From assembly GCA_963582065.1 (NCBI GenBank), contig CAUZRQ010000013.1, positions 910 to 64,909 of the forward strand: a stretch of DNA of 64,000 nt, read 5' to 3'. The notes beneath the pieces were generated by a model. That model was not told where the DNA came from. It made no database searches and saw only the letters and a list, made by a program, of their open reading frames with translations. Both the position numbers and the translations under genes were made by a program. This DNA is from Planctomycetota bacterium. Lineage in GTDB: Bacteria > Planctomycetota > Planctomycetia > Planctomycetales > Planctomycetaceae. Shown in pieces: positions 50,338 to 59,652 of the stretch (positions are counted from its first letter, which is position 1; each line of letters opens with the position of its first letter).

Positions 50338-50826
50338 ATGAATCGGGGTCAGGGCACCATGAACACCCAGCAAGACGAAAACCAGCTGAAACTGCTGGAG
50401 ACCTTCCACTACGTCGCGGCGGGGATCACGGTGCTGGTCGGATGCTTTCCCGTCATCCGCCTGGCGATCGGGATCGGATTGCAGCTGGTTCCGGTTGAGG
50501 ACCACCCGGCCACGCATGTACCGCGGATTGTCGGGTGGATCCTGATCGTGATCGCCGCGATCCTCATCCTGGTGTTCTGGGCCCTGGCGTTCGTGATCTT
50601 CCTGTCCGGACGAAGTCTCCGTCGTCGCGAGCGGTACATGTTCTGTATGGTCGTGGCGGGAATCAGCTGCCTGCTCATGCCTTACGGCACTGCCCTGGGC
50701 GTGTTCACGATCATGGTCCTCATGCGACCATCGGTGAAACAGATCTTCGGTGTTGATGAATTCGCCGCGGCCAAAGCGGATGATGTGCCCGACGCGGACG
50801 ACGTCGGGGAGACGAAGTCCGAGTAG
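50338..50826 (+). CDS. Hypothetical 4-TM membrane protein
   Basis: ATG at 50338 (alternative 50359) inside track ORF 50125..50826. Four hydrophobic helices; no family recognised. Confidence 0.6.
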   Translation: MNRGQGTMNTQQDENQLKLLETFHYVAAGITVLVGCFPVIRLAIGIGLQLVPVEDHPATHVPRIVGWILIVIAAILILVFWALAFVIFLSGRSLRRRERYMFCMVVAGISCLLMPYGTALGVFTIMVLMRPSVKQIFGVDEFAAAKADDVPDADDVGETKSE

Positions 50827-51068
50827 AAGCGGGGGTGGCGTGTGATCGAGGCGGCGAGCGTCTTGGCCACCCGGTGTCTTTCGGGACACCCACCTGGCGG
50901 TTCAAGCGGACCGGTGATGGTTGAAAGCCCGGGTGACGGTCCGCATAATGGCGGATTCCCTCAGTCCGCGACTCGCATCGAGGCCGTTTGGCCCCGACCC
51001 GACGATTCGCGTCGGTCCCGGTATCCGGGGCCGATCCATGGCTGGCACGTAGCGAGGAATCGATACAG

Positions 51069-51356
51069 ATGGCTCGAACCAGGTCCCGCGCCGAGATCCG
51101 CAAGGCGCGAAAGCGGAAGGCCCGGCAGCAACGCAAGCTCAAGTGCCGTTTCTGCCCCGATGGTTGTGATAACTCACCCCGGCCGATCTACGTCGACTTC
51201 AAGGACGTGAAGATGTTGCGTTCGATGATCAATCGCAACGGCCACATGCTCTCGCGCCGCCGCACCGGTTGCTGTGCCAAGTACCAGCGGGCGGTTCGTC
51301 GAGCGGTGCTGCGGGCCCGTTTCATGGGGCTTTTGCCCTACGTGCCAAAGGACTGA
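51069..51356 (+). CDS. rpsR: 30S ribosomal protein S18 (Cys-rich form)
   Basis: ATG at 51069 inside ORF 50988..51356. [27 protein letters not shown]...[18 protein letters not shown] is canonical S18. Extra cysteines: CRFCPDGC and CC. Confidence 0.9.
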   Translation: MARTRSRAEIRKARKRKARQQRKLKCRFCPDGCDNSPRPIYVDFKDVKMLRSMINRNGHMLSRRRTGCCAKYQRAVRRAVLRARFMGLLPYVPKD

Positions 51357-51780
51357 TCCGGCCTGCCGCGGCGGGGCCGGATCGATCAGGACACCGGCCG
51401 AGGCGGCGGCTCGCGGCGGATTCCGGCAGCGAGACGTCGTGTCGGAATGAGGAGTCGGCAGGGGGCGTTGTGGCGCGAGAACCCACCGGGGATACGTCCG
51501 TCGAGATGCGGCCGTCGATTCGAGGTGGTGAGGATCGGGAACGGGACTGGCACGGCCTCGGGTGGCCAGGCGAAACGGCGTCGCAGCATTCTCAACCAGT
51601 CGGTCAATCTCATCTGGTCGGACTCCTTTTCCCCCGGCGTGACTGCTTGACCTCACCGCCGACGGCAGCATACCGTCGTCTGCTCGATCGCGTCAAAAAC
51701 CGATTGGGCTGTCGGCGAGATTTCCTGCCAGCCCGGCACGCTTCCCGCCGCGACAACTCCATCGACTCGAGACCGACCCG

Positions 51781-52590
51781 ATGATCGAATCGCCTGCCAC
51801 CGATCCGCTGTTCTCGATCTCCGACCGTGTCACCATCGTTTCGGGAGGCAGTCGGGGGATCGGCAAGGCGATTGCAGCCGGATTTGCACGACGCGGGGCA
51901 CCGGTGGTTGTCACCGGGCGGAACGCCGAGACGCTCGAGGCGACCGTGGCCGAGATCAGCGACGAGACCGACAGCCCGGTGCGAGGGATCGTCTGTGACG
52001 TGGCGTTGCCCGGCGAGATCACCCGGTTGGTCGAACAGGTGATCGGGGAATTCGGACGGATCGACGTGTTGCTGAACGTGGCCGGAGTCAACCGTCGGAA
52101 GCGTGTCGAGACGGTGACCGAGGAGGACTACGACTTCATCCTCGATATCAACCTCAAGGGAGCGTTTCTGGTCGCGCAGGCCGTCGGCAAACAGATGATC
52201 GCCCAGGAATCGGGAACGATCATCAACGTCGATTCGCTGAACACATACGCCCCGTTGAAGGGTGTGGCCCCCTACGCCATGAGCAAGGCGGGGCTGGTGA
52301 TGATGACCCGGTCACTGGCGACCGAGTGGGGAGAACACGGCGTGCGGGTCAACACGATCGCTCCGGGGTTCATCCTGACCGACCTGACCCGCAAACTGTG
52401 GTCGGACCCGACGATGCAGGAGTGGGGCCTGGGGAATACCCCGCTGGGGCGGTTGGGCGAGGTCGAGGACCTGGTCGGTGCAGCAGTGTTCCTGGCCGCC
52501 GATGCCTCGGCATTCATGACCGGGCAGGTGGTCCGAGTCGACGGTGGGTTCACCGCCGGGCTGCTGTGGCCGATTCCGTTCGACGACTAG
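51781..52590 (+). CDS. SDR-family oxidoreductase
   Basis: GGSRGIGKA cofactor motif (TGxxxGxG-type), NVAG, catalytic YAMSKAG, and the PGFILTD segment. Confidence 0.9.
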   Translation: MIESPATDPLFSISDRVTIVSGGSRGIGKAIAAGFARRGAPVVVTGRNAETLEATVAEISDETDSPVRGIVCDVALPGEITRLVEQVIGEFGRIDVLLNVAGVNRRKRVETVTEEDYDFILDINLKGAFLVAQAVGKQMIAQESGTIINVDSLNTYAPLKGVAPYAMSKAGLVMMTRSLATEWGEHGVRVNTIAPGFILTDLTRKLWSDPTMQEWGLGNTPLGRLGEVEDLVGAAVFLAADASAFMTGQVVRVDGGFTAGLLWPIPFDD

Positions 52591-52593
52591 GGC

Positions 52594-53904
52594 CTAGGCG
52601 GCCCCGTCGGGATCGGATCCTGCAGCCGCTGCCGGTCGCGGTGCAGTGACCAGCACGAAGACGATCTGCATCTGCCGGTTGGCCCGTTTCTTGACCCCCC
52701 TGGTTGCCGAACGCTTGATGTCGACCGATCTCAGGTTGACCTGCCGCATCAGCTTGGCCGGCAGATCCAATCGCACCTGGGCCGATGACAGTGCCGGGGC
52801 GGCCTGGTCGGCAGCCGCGGACTCGGCAATCCGATTCAGTTTACCGCCGTTCGCCTTCGACCTGCGACCGTCCGGGGCCGAGCGGGGCTTGCGAGATCTC
52901 TTGGAGTTGTTGCCGTAGGCGTTCAGCTGACTCAAGGCGCGATGGCCACCCGGAGCCGACTCCAACGCCGCCACCTGAAGCACGCCCGCCAACGCCATCT
53001 CGGCTCGAATCTCGAGACGCAACTGGCTCATCGCCTGGGTGACCTGTTCGGGAGAAGCCTGCACGACGACGCTGACCAGGTGGTCGTCGACTGGTTGTGA
53101 CCGGTCCCGGGAGTCCGGCCGAGTCCGGGCCCCTTCGGCCACGGCACGACTCGCAACCACCGCCGGGGCCGCATCGGCCCGGGCGATGTGGTGCTTCTGC
53201 AGGAGCAGGCGGAGCGAGTTGAGACCCTGTTCGATGTCGACGACCGTCAGTCGCACGACCACCGCCTGGTCGTCGGAGGTGTCGATCGCCGAGAGGATCT
53301 GGCCGACCTCGGCGTTGTCGAGTGATTTGTCGAAGACCAGTTTTCCTTTGCCGGCCAAGACACCACCACCGCCGGCGGCGAATTCCCCGCCGATCGGACC
53401 ACTGACACCCGCATCGGATTCCGGAGTCGAATCAGCCATCGCCGACGCCGCTGCCGGCCCGAACTCGGCGTCCCCCCCGGTCATGGCGTTCTCGGCGTTG
53501 ACCTGCAGAAGCTGGTTGTCCGGAGTGAGGTTTGAATCGCGTGGAATCACGGCGACGACGACCACCAACGCCGCCGCGACAACGGCCGCGACCAGAGGGG
53601 CACGGTAAGAACGGGCGGGTGGTCGAGGTGTGGGTCGGGAAGCGGGAAAACTCAATTGGAGGCTCCCGGGGACCGAAGCCACCGGGAAATCCGAGAGGTA
53701 GGTGGAGAGCGATCGGAGGTCGTCGAGCGACCGGCGAGACTCCTCGGAAGACCCGAGTTGAGCCTCGACCGCCTCGGTCTCCTCGGCGGTCAATTCGCCA
53801 TCGAGATATGCCGAGAGCAGTTCGTCCCGGCTGGTTTCCCGGGTGCCTTCGGAATCCTGATCAGAAGGATGATCAGGACCATGACTTGGTGGGTGTGTGT
53901 TCAT
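52594..53904 (-). CDS. Anti-sigma-factor-like single-pass membrane protein
   Basis: Start at Met 53904, codon 35 of track ORF 52594..54006. N-terminal LSAYLDGELTAEETEAVEAQL anti-sigma-type helix, one TM helix (APLVAAVVAAALVVVVAVI), and a long low-complexity periplasmic part. No zf-HC2 His/Cys residues. Confidence 0.6.
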   Translation of the reverse strand: MNTHPPSHGPDHPSDQDSEGTRETSRDELLSAYLDGELTAEETEAVEAQLGSSEESRRSLDDLRSLSTYLSDFPVASVPGSLQLSFPASRPTPRPPARSYRAPLVAAVVAAALVVVVAVIPRDSNLTPDNQLLQVNAENAMTGGDAEFGPAAASAMADSTPESDAGVSGPIGGEFAAGGGGVLAGKGKLVFDKSLDNAEVGQILSAIDTSDDQAVVVRLTVVDIEQGLNSLRLLLQKHHIARADAAPAVVASRAVAEGARTRPDSRDRSQPVDDHLVSVVVQASPEQVTQAMSQLRLEIRAEMALAGVLQVAALESAPGGHRALSQLNAYGNNSKRSRKPRSAPDGRRSKANGGKLNRIAESAAADQAAPALSSAQVRLDLPAKLMRQVNLRSVDIKRSATRGVKKRANRQMQIVFVLVTAPRPAAAAGSDPDGAA

Positions 53905-54097
53905 TGGTATCGGCCCGCGCGGAATGATCCCTGGATCTAGGACGCAACCGTTTGGGGCGGGGTTCCCTCTTTTTTCAGGAAAGTCCCATCCAGCGGTTAT
54001 CATCACGGTTAATCGTCATGGTCCTGCCGTCTTTTTTCCCGGAATCGGCGATAATTTTGATCCGGCCGGACCGACCCGGCAGACTGAAGAGCTCGCG

Positions 54098-57097
54098 ATG
54101 TCGTTGATTGCCCGTTCCCGACGCCCGGTGTTGATCGGCCTGGCCGCCGTGGTCATCGTGCTGGCCGCCTGGTGGGGAGCCAACGAAACGCCCGGTGAGA
54201 AGCTGGCACGGGCCGGGCGGTTGCTGGCGGCGAAGCGTTTCGAGGAGGCGGGCCGGTTGGCTGAGACGGTTCCGCCGTCGGCCGACGAGGCGTGGGAAGC
54301 GTGGGTGCTGGCCGGGAAGGCATTCGTACAGGTTCGCGATTACGACCGGGCGATCGAGGTGTACGGTCGAGTGCCCGATCGGGCGGGCCGGTTGGCTGTG
54401 GCGGCCCGCAGCGGGGCGGCAGCGGTGCTGTTGGATCAGCGGATGCTGCGGCAAAGCGAAGAGCAACTGCTCAGGTTGGAGGCGATCCAGCCGGATCATC
54501 CGCTGGTCGGTGAGGGGCTGGCTCACGTCTGGAACGTCTCGGCTCGACGTCACGAAGCGGTGCCGCGGATGTTGGCGGCGGCGGTGAGCGGGCGAGGGCC
54601 ACCACCGGTTGAATTGCTGGTCATGCTGGCCGACATCGAGCGTCCCTTCGGCGGGCTCGAGTACCTGGACCTGTGCCGCCGGGCCGACCCGGCCGATCCG
54701 CTGCCGATTCTCGGCCAGGCCGCTGCGGCACTTGCCGAAAACGAAACCGGGCGGGCCGAGACTCTGGTGCGGGAGGTGTTGGAGGGGGGGACGATCGATG
54801 CGGATGACGTGGCACGTGGTGTGGCCGGCCGCATTCTCGGGATGATCCTGGCCGAATCCGGCCGCGACGCCGATTTTCTGGATTGGCACGGCCGGCTGCC
54901 GGCTGAAGCCGATGCCGACCCGTTGGTCTGGTTGGCTCGGGGTCTCCATGTCCACCGTGGGGGTCGTATCGAGGAAGCCGCCCGCTGCCTGTGGGAGGCC
55001 CTGGTCCGACAGCCGAACCTGAGACAGGCCAACCACTTGCTGGGCCAGTGCCTGAAGTCGCTGGGGCGGGATGACGATGCGAAGGTCTTCCTGGAACGGG
55101 CGAAACAGCTCGAGCACCTGGTACGGATCCTCGAGCATGTCGAGGTCCGCCTGAAGGCGAGATTCACCGAACGCGACGCGGCACTGTGGAAGGACATGGT
55201 CGAACAGCTGCAGGTGTTGGGTCGCGAGTCCGAGGCGCGGCACTGGGCCCGGGTGGCGCTTGCCCGGAACCTGTCGGAAAGATGGGCGCGACGCATATTG
55301 AACCGTCCATTCGGTCGGGGACAGGTCGATCCGCTCGAGCAGACCATCACCTCGGCCCAGCCCGCCGGCCAGGTCGATCTTTCGGATCTTCCACTCCCCG
55401 ACTGGAAACAGCCTGTCGGCCGGGTGGAGGTCTCCGACGGGGCCGGATCGGGTGGGTCGGGACGGATACGTTTCGTGGACATCACGCGGGAGGCCGGGAT
55501 CGACTTCAGCTATTTTCAGAGTCCCGATACGGCCACACCGGGGGCTCGGATGTTCGAGAACACCGGTGGGGGAGTCGCGGTGCTCGATTTCGACCGCGAC
55601 GGATGGCCCGACCTCTATTTCACACAGGGCTGTCGCTGGCCCGCGGATTCGGTGCAGGCCGATCCGGACCGGACGGACGTGTTTCTCGATCGGCTGTACC
55701 GCAACAACGGTGACGGGACATTCGGTGACGTGACACGGATGGCGGGCCTGGGAGACGAACGGTTCAGCCAGGGAGTTGCCGTGGGGGACATCGACCATGA
55801 CGGATGGCCCGACCTGTACGTCGCCAACATCGGCGACAACCGGTTGTACCGCAACAACGGTGATGGAACCTTTGACGAATGGTCATTCGATCGGGACGAA
55901 CCGCCGGACCGGTGGACCACCAGTTGCGTCGTGGCTGACATCGACGGCGACGGCCACGTTGATCTCTACGACGTCAATTACCTCTCCGGTGCGGACGTCT
56001 TCACCAAGATCTGCCGGACGCAGGGCGTGCCGTTTGCCTGTCACCCCAACGAATTCGAAGGGGCGCAGGATCGGTTCTGGCGGGGGGATGGGTCGGGCGG
56101 GTTTGTCGACGCCACGTCCGCGGGTGGATTCGTCGTCGGCAATGGGAAGGGGCTGGGAATCGTTGCCGCGCGGTATCGCGGTGGGTCCAGCACCGCTTCT
56201 CGGTCCGGGCTGGGCCTGTTCATTGCCAACGACGCCGTGGCCAACTTCTTCTTCGTGGCCGGACAACGGAGTTCTCGAGACGAGGCATTGTTGCGTGGCG
56301 TGGCCTACGACCGGGACGGCCGGCCGCAGGCCTGCATGGGCGTGGCCGCCGGCGATGCTGACGGCGACGGACGGCTCGATCTGTTCATCACCAATTTCTA
56401 CGCCGAGTCGAACGTGTTGTACCGCCAGGGCGAGAGGGGTCACTTCAGTGACATCACCAGGGTTGCCGGTCTGCGGGAGCCCGGCTGGAAGATGCTCGGA
56501 TTCGGAACGCAGTTCCTCGATGCCGACCTCGACGGGCGACTCGACCTGGTTGTTGCCAACGGCCACGTCGACGACCTCTCGACGCTGGGGCAGTCGTACC
56601 GGATGCGGCCCCAGTTGATGCACAACAGGGGAGGCGGGCGGTTTGTCGAGATCGACTCGGAGTCCCTGGGCGAGTATTTCGGGAAGCGGTTGTTGGGACG
56701 CGGGCTGGCACGGGGCGACTTCGACCGTGACGGACGTCCGGACTTCGCTGTCAGTCATCTCGACGACCCCGCTGCCGTTCTGGCCAACCGCACCGAAGAG
56801 TCGGGGCACTGGCTGGCCGTTCGGCTGGTGGCCCGGGGGTCGGCCCGCGATGCGATCGGGGCCGAGGTGACCGTGCGGACCGGTTCATCGCGCCAGGTTC
56901 ACCAGTTGACCGCCGGAGACGGCTACCAGGCATCGAACCAGCGGGCACTGGTGATCGGGCTGGGGCAGGCCGCACGCGTCGACGAGTTGACCATCGCGTG
57001 GCCGTCGGGCGAGACGACCCGGATCCGGGATCTCGAGCCGGACGGCGAAGTGGTGGTCGTCGAGGGCCAGTCGGTCGCCTGGCGGTTGCCCCGATAG
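54098..57097 (+). CDS. TPR + FG-GAP/VCBS repeat + ASPIC/UnbV protein (CRTAC1 family)
   Basis: ATG at 54098 inside ORF 53897..57097. N-terminal TM helix and TPR-like helices. Repeated D.D.DG.D calcium-binding FG-GAP blades. C-terminal HWLAVRL...AIGAEVTV...GDGYQASN UnbV motif. Confidence 0.85.
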   Translation: MSLIARSRRPVLIGLAAVVIVLAAWWGANETPGEKLARAGRLLAAKRFEEAGRLAETVPPSADEAWEAWVLAGKAFVQVRDYDRAIEVYGRVPDRAGRLAVAARSGAAAVLLDQRMLRQSEEQLLRLEAIQPDHPLVGEGLAHVWNVSARRHEAVPRMLAAAVSGRGPPPVELLVMLADIERPFGGLEYLDLCRRADPADPLPILGQAAAALAENETGRAETLVREVLEGGTIDADDVARGVAGRILGMILAESGRDADFLDWHGRLPAEADADPLVWLARGLHVHRGGRIEEAARCLWEALVRQPNLRQANHLLGQCLKSLGRDDDAKVFLERAKQLEHLVRILEHVEVRLKARFTERDAALWKDMVEQLQVLGRESEARHWARVALARNLSERWARRILNRPFGRGQVDPLEQTITSAQPAGQVDLSDLPLPDWKQPVGRVEVSDGAGSGGSGRIRFVDITREAGIDFSYFQSPDTATPGARMFENTGGGVAVLDFDRDGWPDLYFTQGCRWPADSVQADPDRTDVFLDRLYRNNGDGTFGDVTRMAGLGDERFSQGVAVGDIDHDGWPDLYVANIGDNRLYRNNGDGTFDEWSFDRDEPPDRWTTSCVVADIDGDGHVDLYDVNYLSGADVFTKICRTQGVPFACHPNEFEGAQDRFWRGDGSGGFVDATSAGGFVVGNGKGLGIVAARYRGGSSTASRSGLGLFIANDAVANFFFVAGQRSSRDEALLRGVAYDRDGRPQACMGVAAGDADGDGRLDLFITNFYAESNVLYRQGERGHFSDITRVAGLREPGWKMLGFGTQFLDADLDGRLDLVVANGHVDDLSTLGQSYRMRPQLMHNRGGGRFVEIDSESLGEYFGKRLLGRGLARGDFDRDGRPDFAVSHLDDPAAVLANRTEESGHWLAVRLVARGSARDAIGAEVTVRTGSSRQVHQLTAGDGYQASNQRALVIGLGQAARVDELTIAWPSGETTRIRDLEPDGEVVVVEGQSVAWRLPR

Positions 57098-57144
57098 GAC
57101 CGGTTCGCCTTGCGGCCGGTCGGGACACCGGCGACATTGGAGTG

Positions 57145-59628
57145 ATGAGGACATTGAAGTCCATGCGGTTGGCTGTCGTTCTGCTGGTTCTCGGACCGGC
57201 GATTTCCCATGCGGAGGACGGCCGGCCGATCGACCTGTCGGGGTTGGCCCGGGTTGTCGTCCATCCGGACGTGGTGCGGATGAGCGGTCACCTGGAGCGG
57301 CAGCGGCTGGTCGTGACCGGAACGACCGCCGGTGGCAATGATGGTCCGCGGTGGGACCTCGGCCGGTTGGCGCGTTACGAGGCGGTTCCGGTGGGCGTGG
57401 TCGAGGTCACCGCCGACGGCGAGCTGATCGCTCGACGGAGTGGGACCGCGGTGGTGCGGGTGACGGTCGGCAAGGTCCACTCTGAGGTGCGGGTGACGGT
57501 TCGCGACGGCGAGACGTTCCGACCGGTCAACTTCACCAACGACATCAACCCGTTGCTGACCCGTTTGGGCTGCAACGGTGGGAGTTGCCACGGCAAGTCG
57601 AACGGGAGAGGTGGCTTTCGGTTGAGCCTGTTCGGGCATCATCCCGAGTGGGACTACGAATGGATCACCCAGGGCGGCCGGGGGCGGCGGATCTTCTCGG
57701 CGGCTCCAGGCCGGTCGCTGTTGCTGCGCAAGCCGACCATGCAGATGCCACACGGTGGCGGTCGCCGGATGTCGGTCGATTCGGATGCCTATCGCCTGAT
57801 CAGGCGATGGGTGCTGGAGGGAGCCGGACGGGGCGAGGCGGACGCCGCGAGGTTGGTGCGGATCGAAGTGTTTCCGGGCGAGGCGACGGTTCGTGCCGGA
57901 CACTCGCAACAACTGGTCGTGACAGCCGTCTACGACAACGGGGCGAGACGGGACCTGAGCCGGGTTGTCGAACTGCGGACCAACGACTCGAGCCTGATCG
58001 AGATCGACGGGACCGGGCTGGTGACAGCGGGCAAGCGGACCGGCCAGACGGCCGTGATCGCACTGCTGCAGGGGCATGTCGGCGTGTCGAGGCTGACCGT
58101 GCCGCTGGAGACTCCCAGGGCCGCCTGGCCGGAGTTTCCGATCGCCAACCTGGTCGACCGCCACGTCCAGAGGAAACTCAAGACACTCGGGGTCGCACCC
58201 TCGGCGGTGTGCAACGATTCGACGTTCCTGCGGCGTGTGACGCTGCACCTGGCCGGACGGATTCCTCGTCTCGACGACGTCGAGGCCTTCCTGGACGATG
58301 ACTCGCCCCGGAAGCGAGTGGAGCTGGTCCGTCGGTTGCTGGGCTCACCCGAGTACGCCGACACGTTCGCCCAGAAGTGGTCGGCGTTGTTGAGAAACAA
58401 GCGACGGGGCCAGAAGGACCGGATTCCGGGGACGATCAGCTTCCACCGCTGGATCCGGAACGCGATCGCTTCGGGGATGCCGTTCGACCAGTTCGTGCGT
58501 TCGATTCTGACGGCCACCGGCAACGTCAGCGTGTCACCTCCTGCGCAATGGTATGCGGAGGTCCGGTACCTGGATCGCTACGTCGACGATACCGCACAGG
58601 TCTTTCTGGGACTCCGCATCGGCTGTGCCCGGTGTCATCATCACCCCTTCGAGAACTTCACCCAGGGTGACTACTACGGCCTGGCGGCGTTCTTCACCCG
58701 GATTGGCCGTCGCGAGGGGATCGGGGTGGCCGAGCGGCGGGCCAACGAGACGGTTTTCATCAAGGCCGCCGGCAGCGTCAAGCACCCGGTCACCGGCAAG
58801 CTCGTCAAGCCGCATGGTCTGGGTGGTCCCGACCTGGACGTGCCGCCTTATGCCGATCCCAGGCACCGGCTGGTCGACTGGATGGCGACTCGCGAGAACC
58901 CGTATTTCGCTCGAGCGTTCGTCAACCGGATGTGGGCCCACTGCTTCGGACGCGGGCTGGTCGAACCGATCGACGACCTGCGAGTGACCAACCCGGCCAC
59001 CAACCCGAAGTTGCTGAAGGCCCTCGCCGACGAGTTCGTCGACAGCGGATTCAACATGCGGCGCGTGCTCGAGTTGATCACCACCAGCACGACCTACCAG
59101 CTCGACTCGTCTGCCAACGTCGACAATCTCGACGAGACCCAGGGCCACTCGCGGTTCTATCCGCAGCGGCTCTCGGCCGAGAGCCTGCTCGATTCGATCG
59201 ACCAGGTCACCGCCCGGCCCACCTCCTACGGCGGATTGCCCGTCGGAACCCGTGCCATGCAACTGCCCGATGAGAACTACTCGAACCAGTTCCTCAAGCT
59301 CTTCGGGCGACCGCCTCGCGAAAGTGCCTGCGAGTGTGAGCGGACGGCAGAACCGAGCCTGTCTCAGTCGCTGTTCACCCTCAACGACAGCTTTCTTCTC
59401 GGGAAGATCTTCGATGCCAAGAGCCGCGCCGCGAAGCTGGCCACCGCCGACGGTGACCATGCTTCCCGGGTCCGCCGGTTGTTTCTGGTCGCTTTCTCGC
59501 GACCGGCGACTTCCGTCGAAGTCGAAAAGGCGGTCAAGTACATCGGTTCGGAGTCCGATTCCAAGACTGCCTACAGCAATCTGATGTGGGCGCTGATCAA
59601 CACCAAGGAATTCCAGTACAATCACTAG
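57145..59628 (+). CDS. DUF1549/DUF1553 (PSCyt2/PSD1) domain protein with Ig-like domain
   Basis: GGAG lies upstream of ATG 57145, followed by a signal peptide. CNGGSCHG and CARCHHHPFE motifs. The CECERT motif and C-terminal NTKEFQYNH are typical of the planctomycete PSD1 family. Confidence 0.9.
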   Translation: MRTLKSMRLAVVLLVLGPAISHAEDGRPIDLSGLARVVVHPDVVRMSGHLERQRLVVTGTTAGGNDGPRWDLGRLARYEAVPVGVVEVTADGELIARRSGTAVVRVTVGKVHSEVRVTVRDGETFRPVNFTNDINPLLTRLGCNGGSCHGKSNGRGGFRLSLFGHHPEWDYEWITQGGRGRRIFSAAPGRSLLLRKPTMQMPHGGGRRMSVDSDAYRLIRRWVLEGAGRGEADAARLVRIEVFPGEATVRAGHSQQLVVTAVYDNGARRDLSRVVELRTNDSSLIEIDGTGLVTAGKRTGQTAVIALLQGHVGVSRLTVPLETPRAAWPEFPIANLVDRHVQRKLKTLGVAPSAVCNDSTFLRRVTLHLAGRIPRLDDVEAFLDDDSPRKRVELVRRLLGSPEYADTFAQKWSALLRNKRRGQKDRIPGTISFHRWIRNAIASGMPFDQFVRSILTATGNVSVSPPAQWYAEVRYLDRYVDDTAQVFLGLRIGCARCHHHPFENFTQGDYYGLAAFFTRIGRREGIGVAERRANETVFIKAAGSVKHPVTGKLVKPHGLGGPDLDVPPYADPRHRLVDWMATRENPYFARAFVNRMWAHCFGRGLVEPIDDLRVTNPATNPKLLKALADEFVDSGFNMRRVLELITTSTTYQLDSSANVDNLDETQGHSRFYPQRLSAESLLDSIDQVTARPTSYGGLPVGTRAMQLPDENYSNQFLKLFGRPPRESACECERTAEPSLSQSLFTLNDSFLLGKIFDAKSRAAKLATADGDHASRVRRLFLVAFSRPATSVEVEKAVKYIGSESDSKTAYSNLMWALINTKEFQYNH

Positions 59629-59652
59629 CCGCAGTCGGTCAGGAATCCTCGC

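Noticed and set aside
53975-55798. 607-aa minus-strand ORF antisense to the TPR-CRTAC1 gene
   Set aside because: Shadow ORF; the plus strand carries the TPR and FG-GAP motifs.
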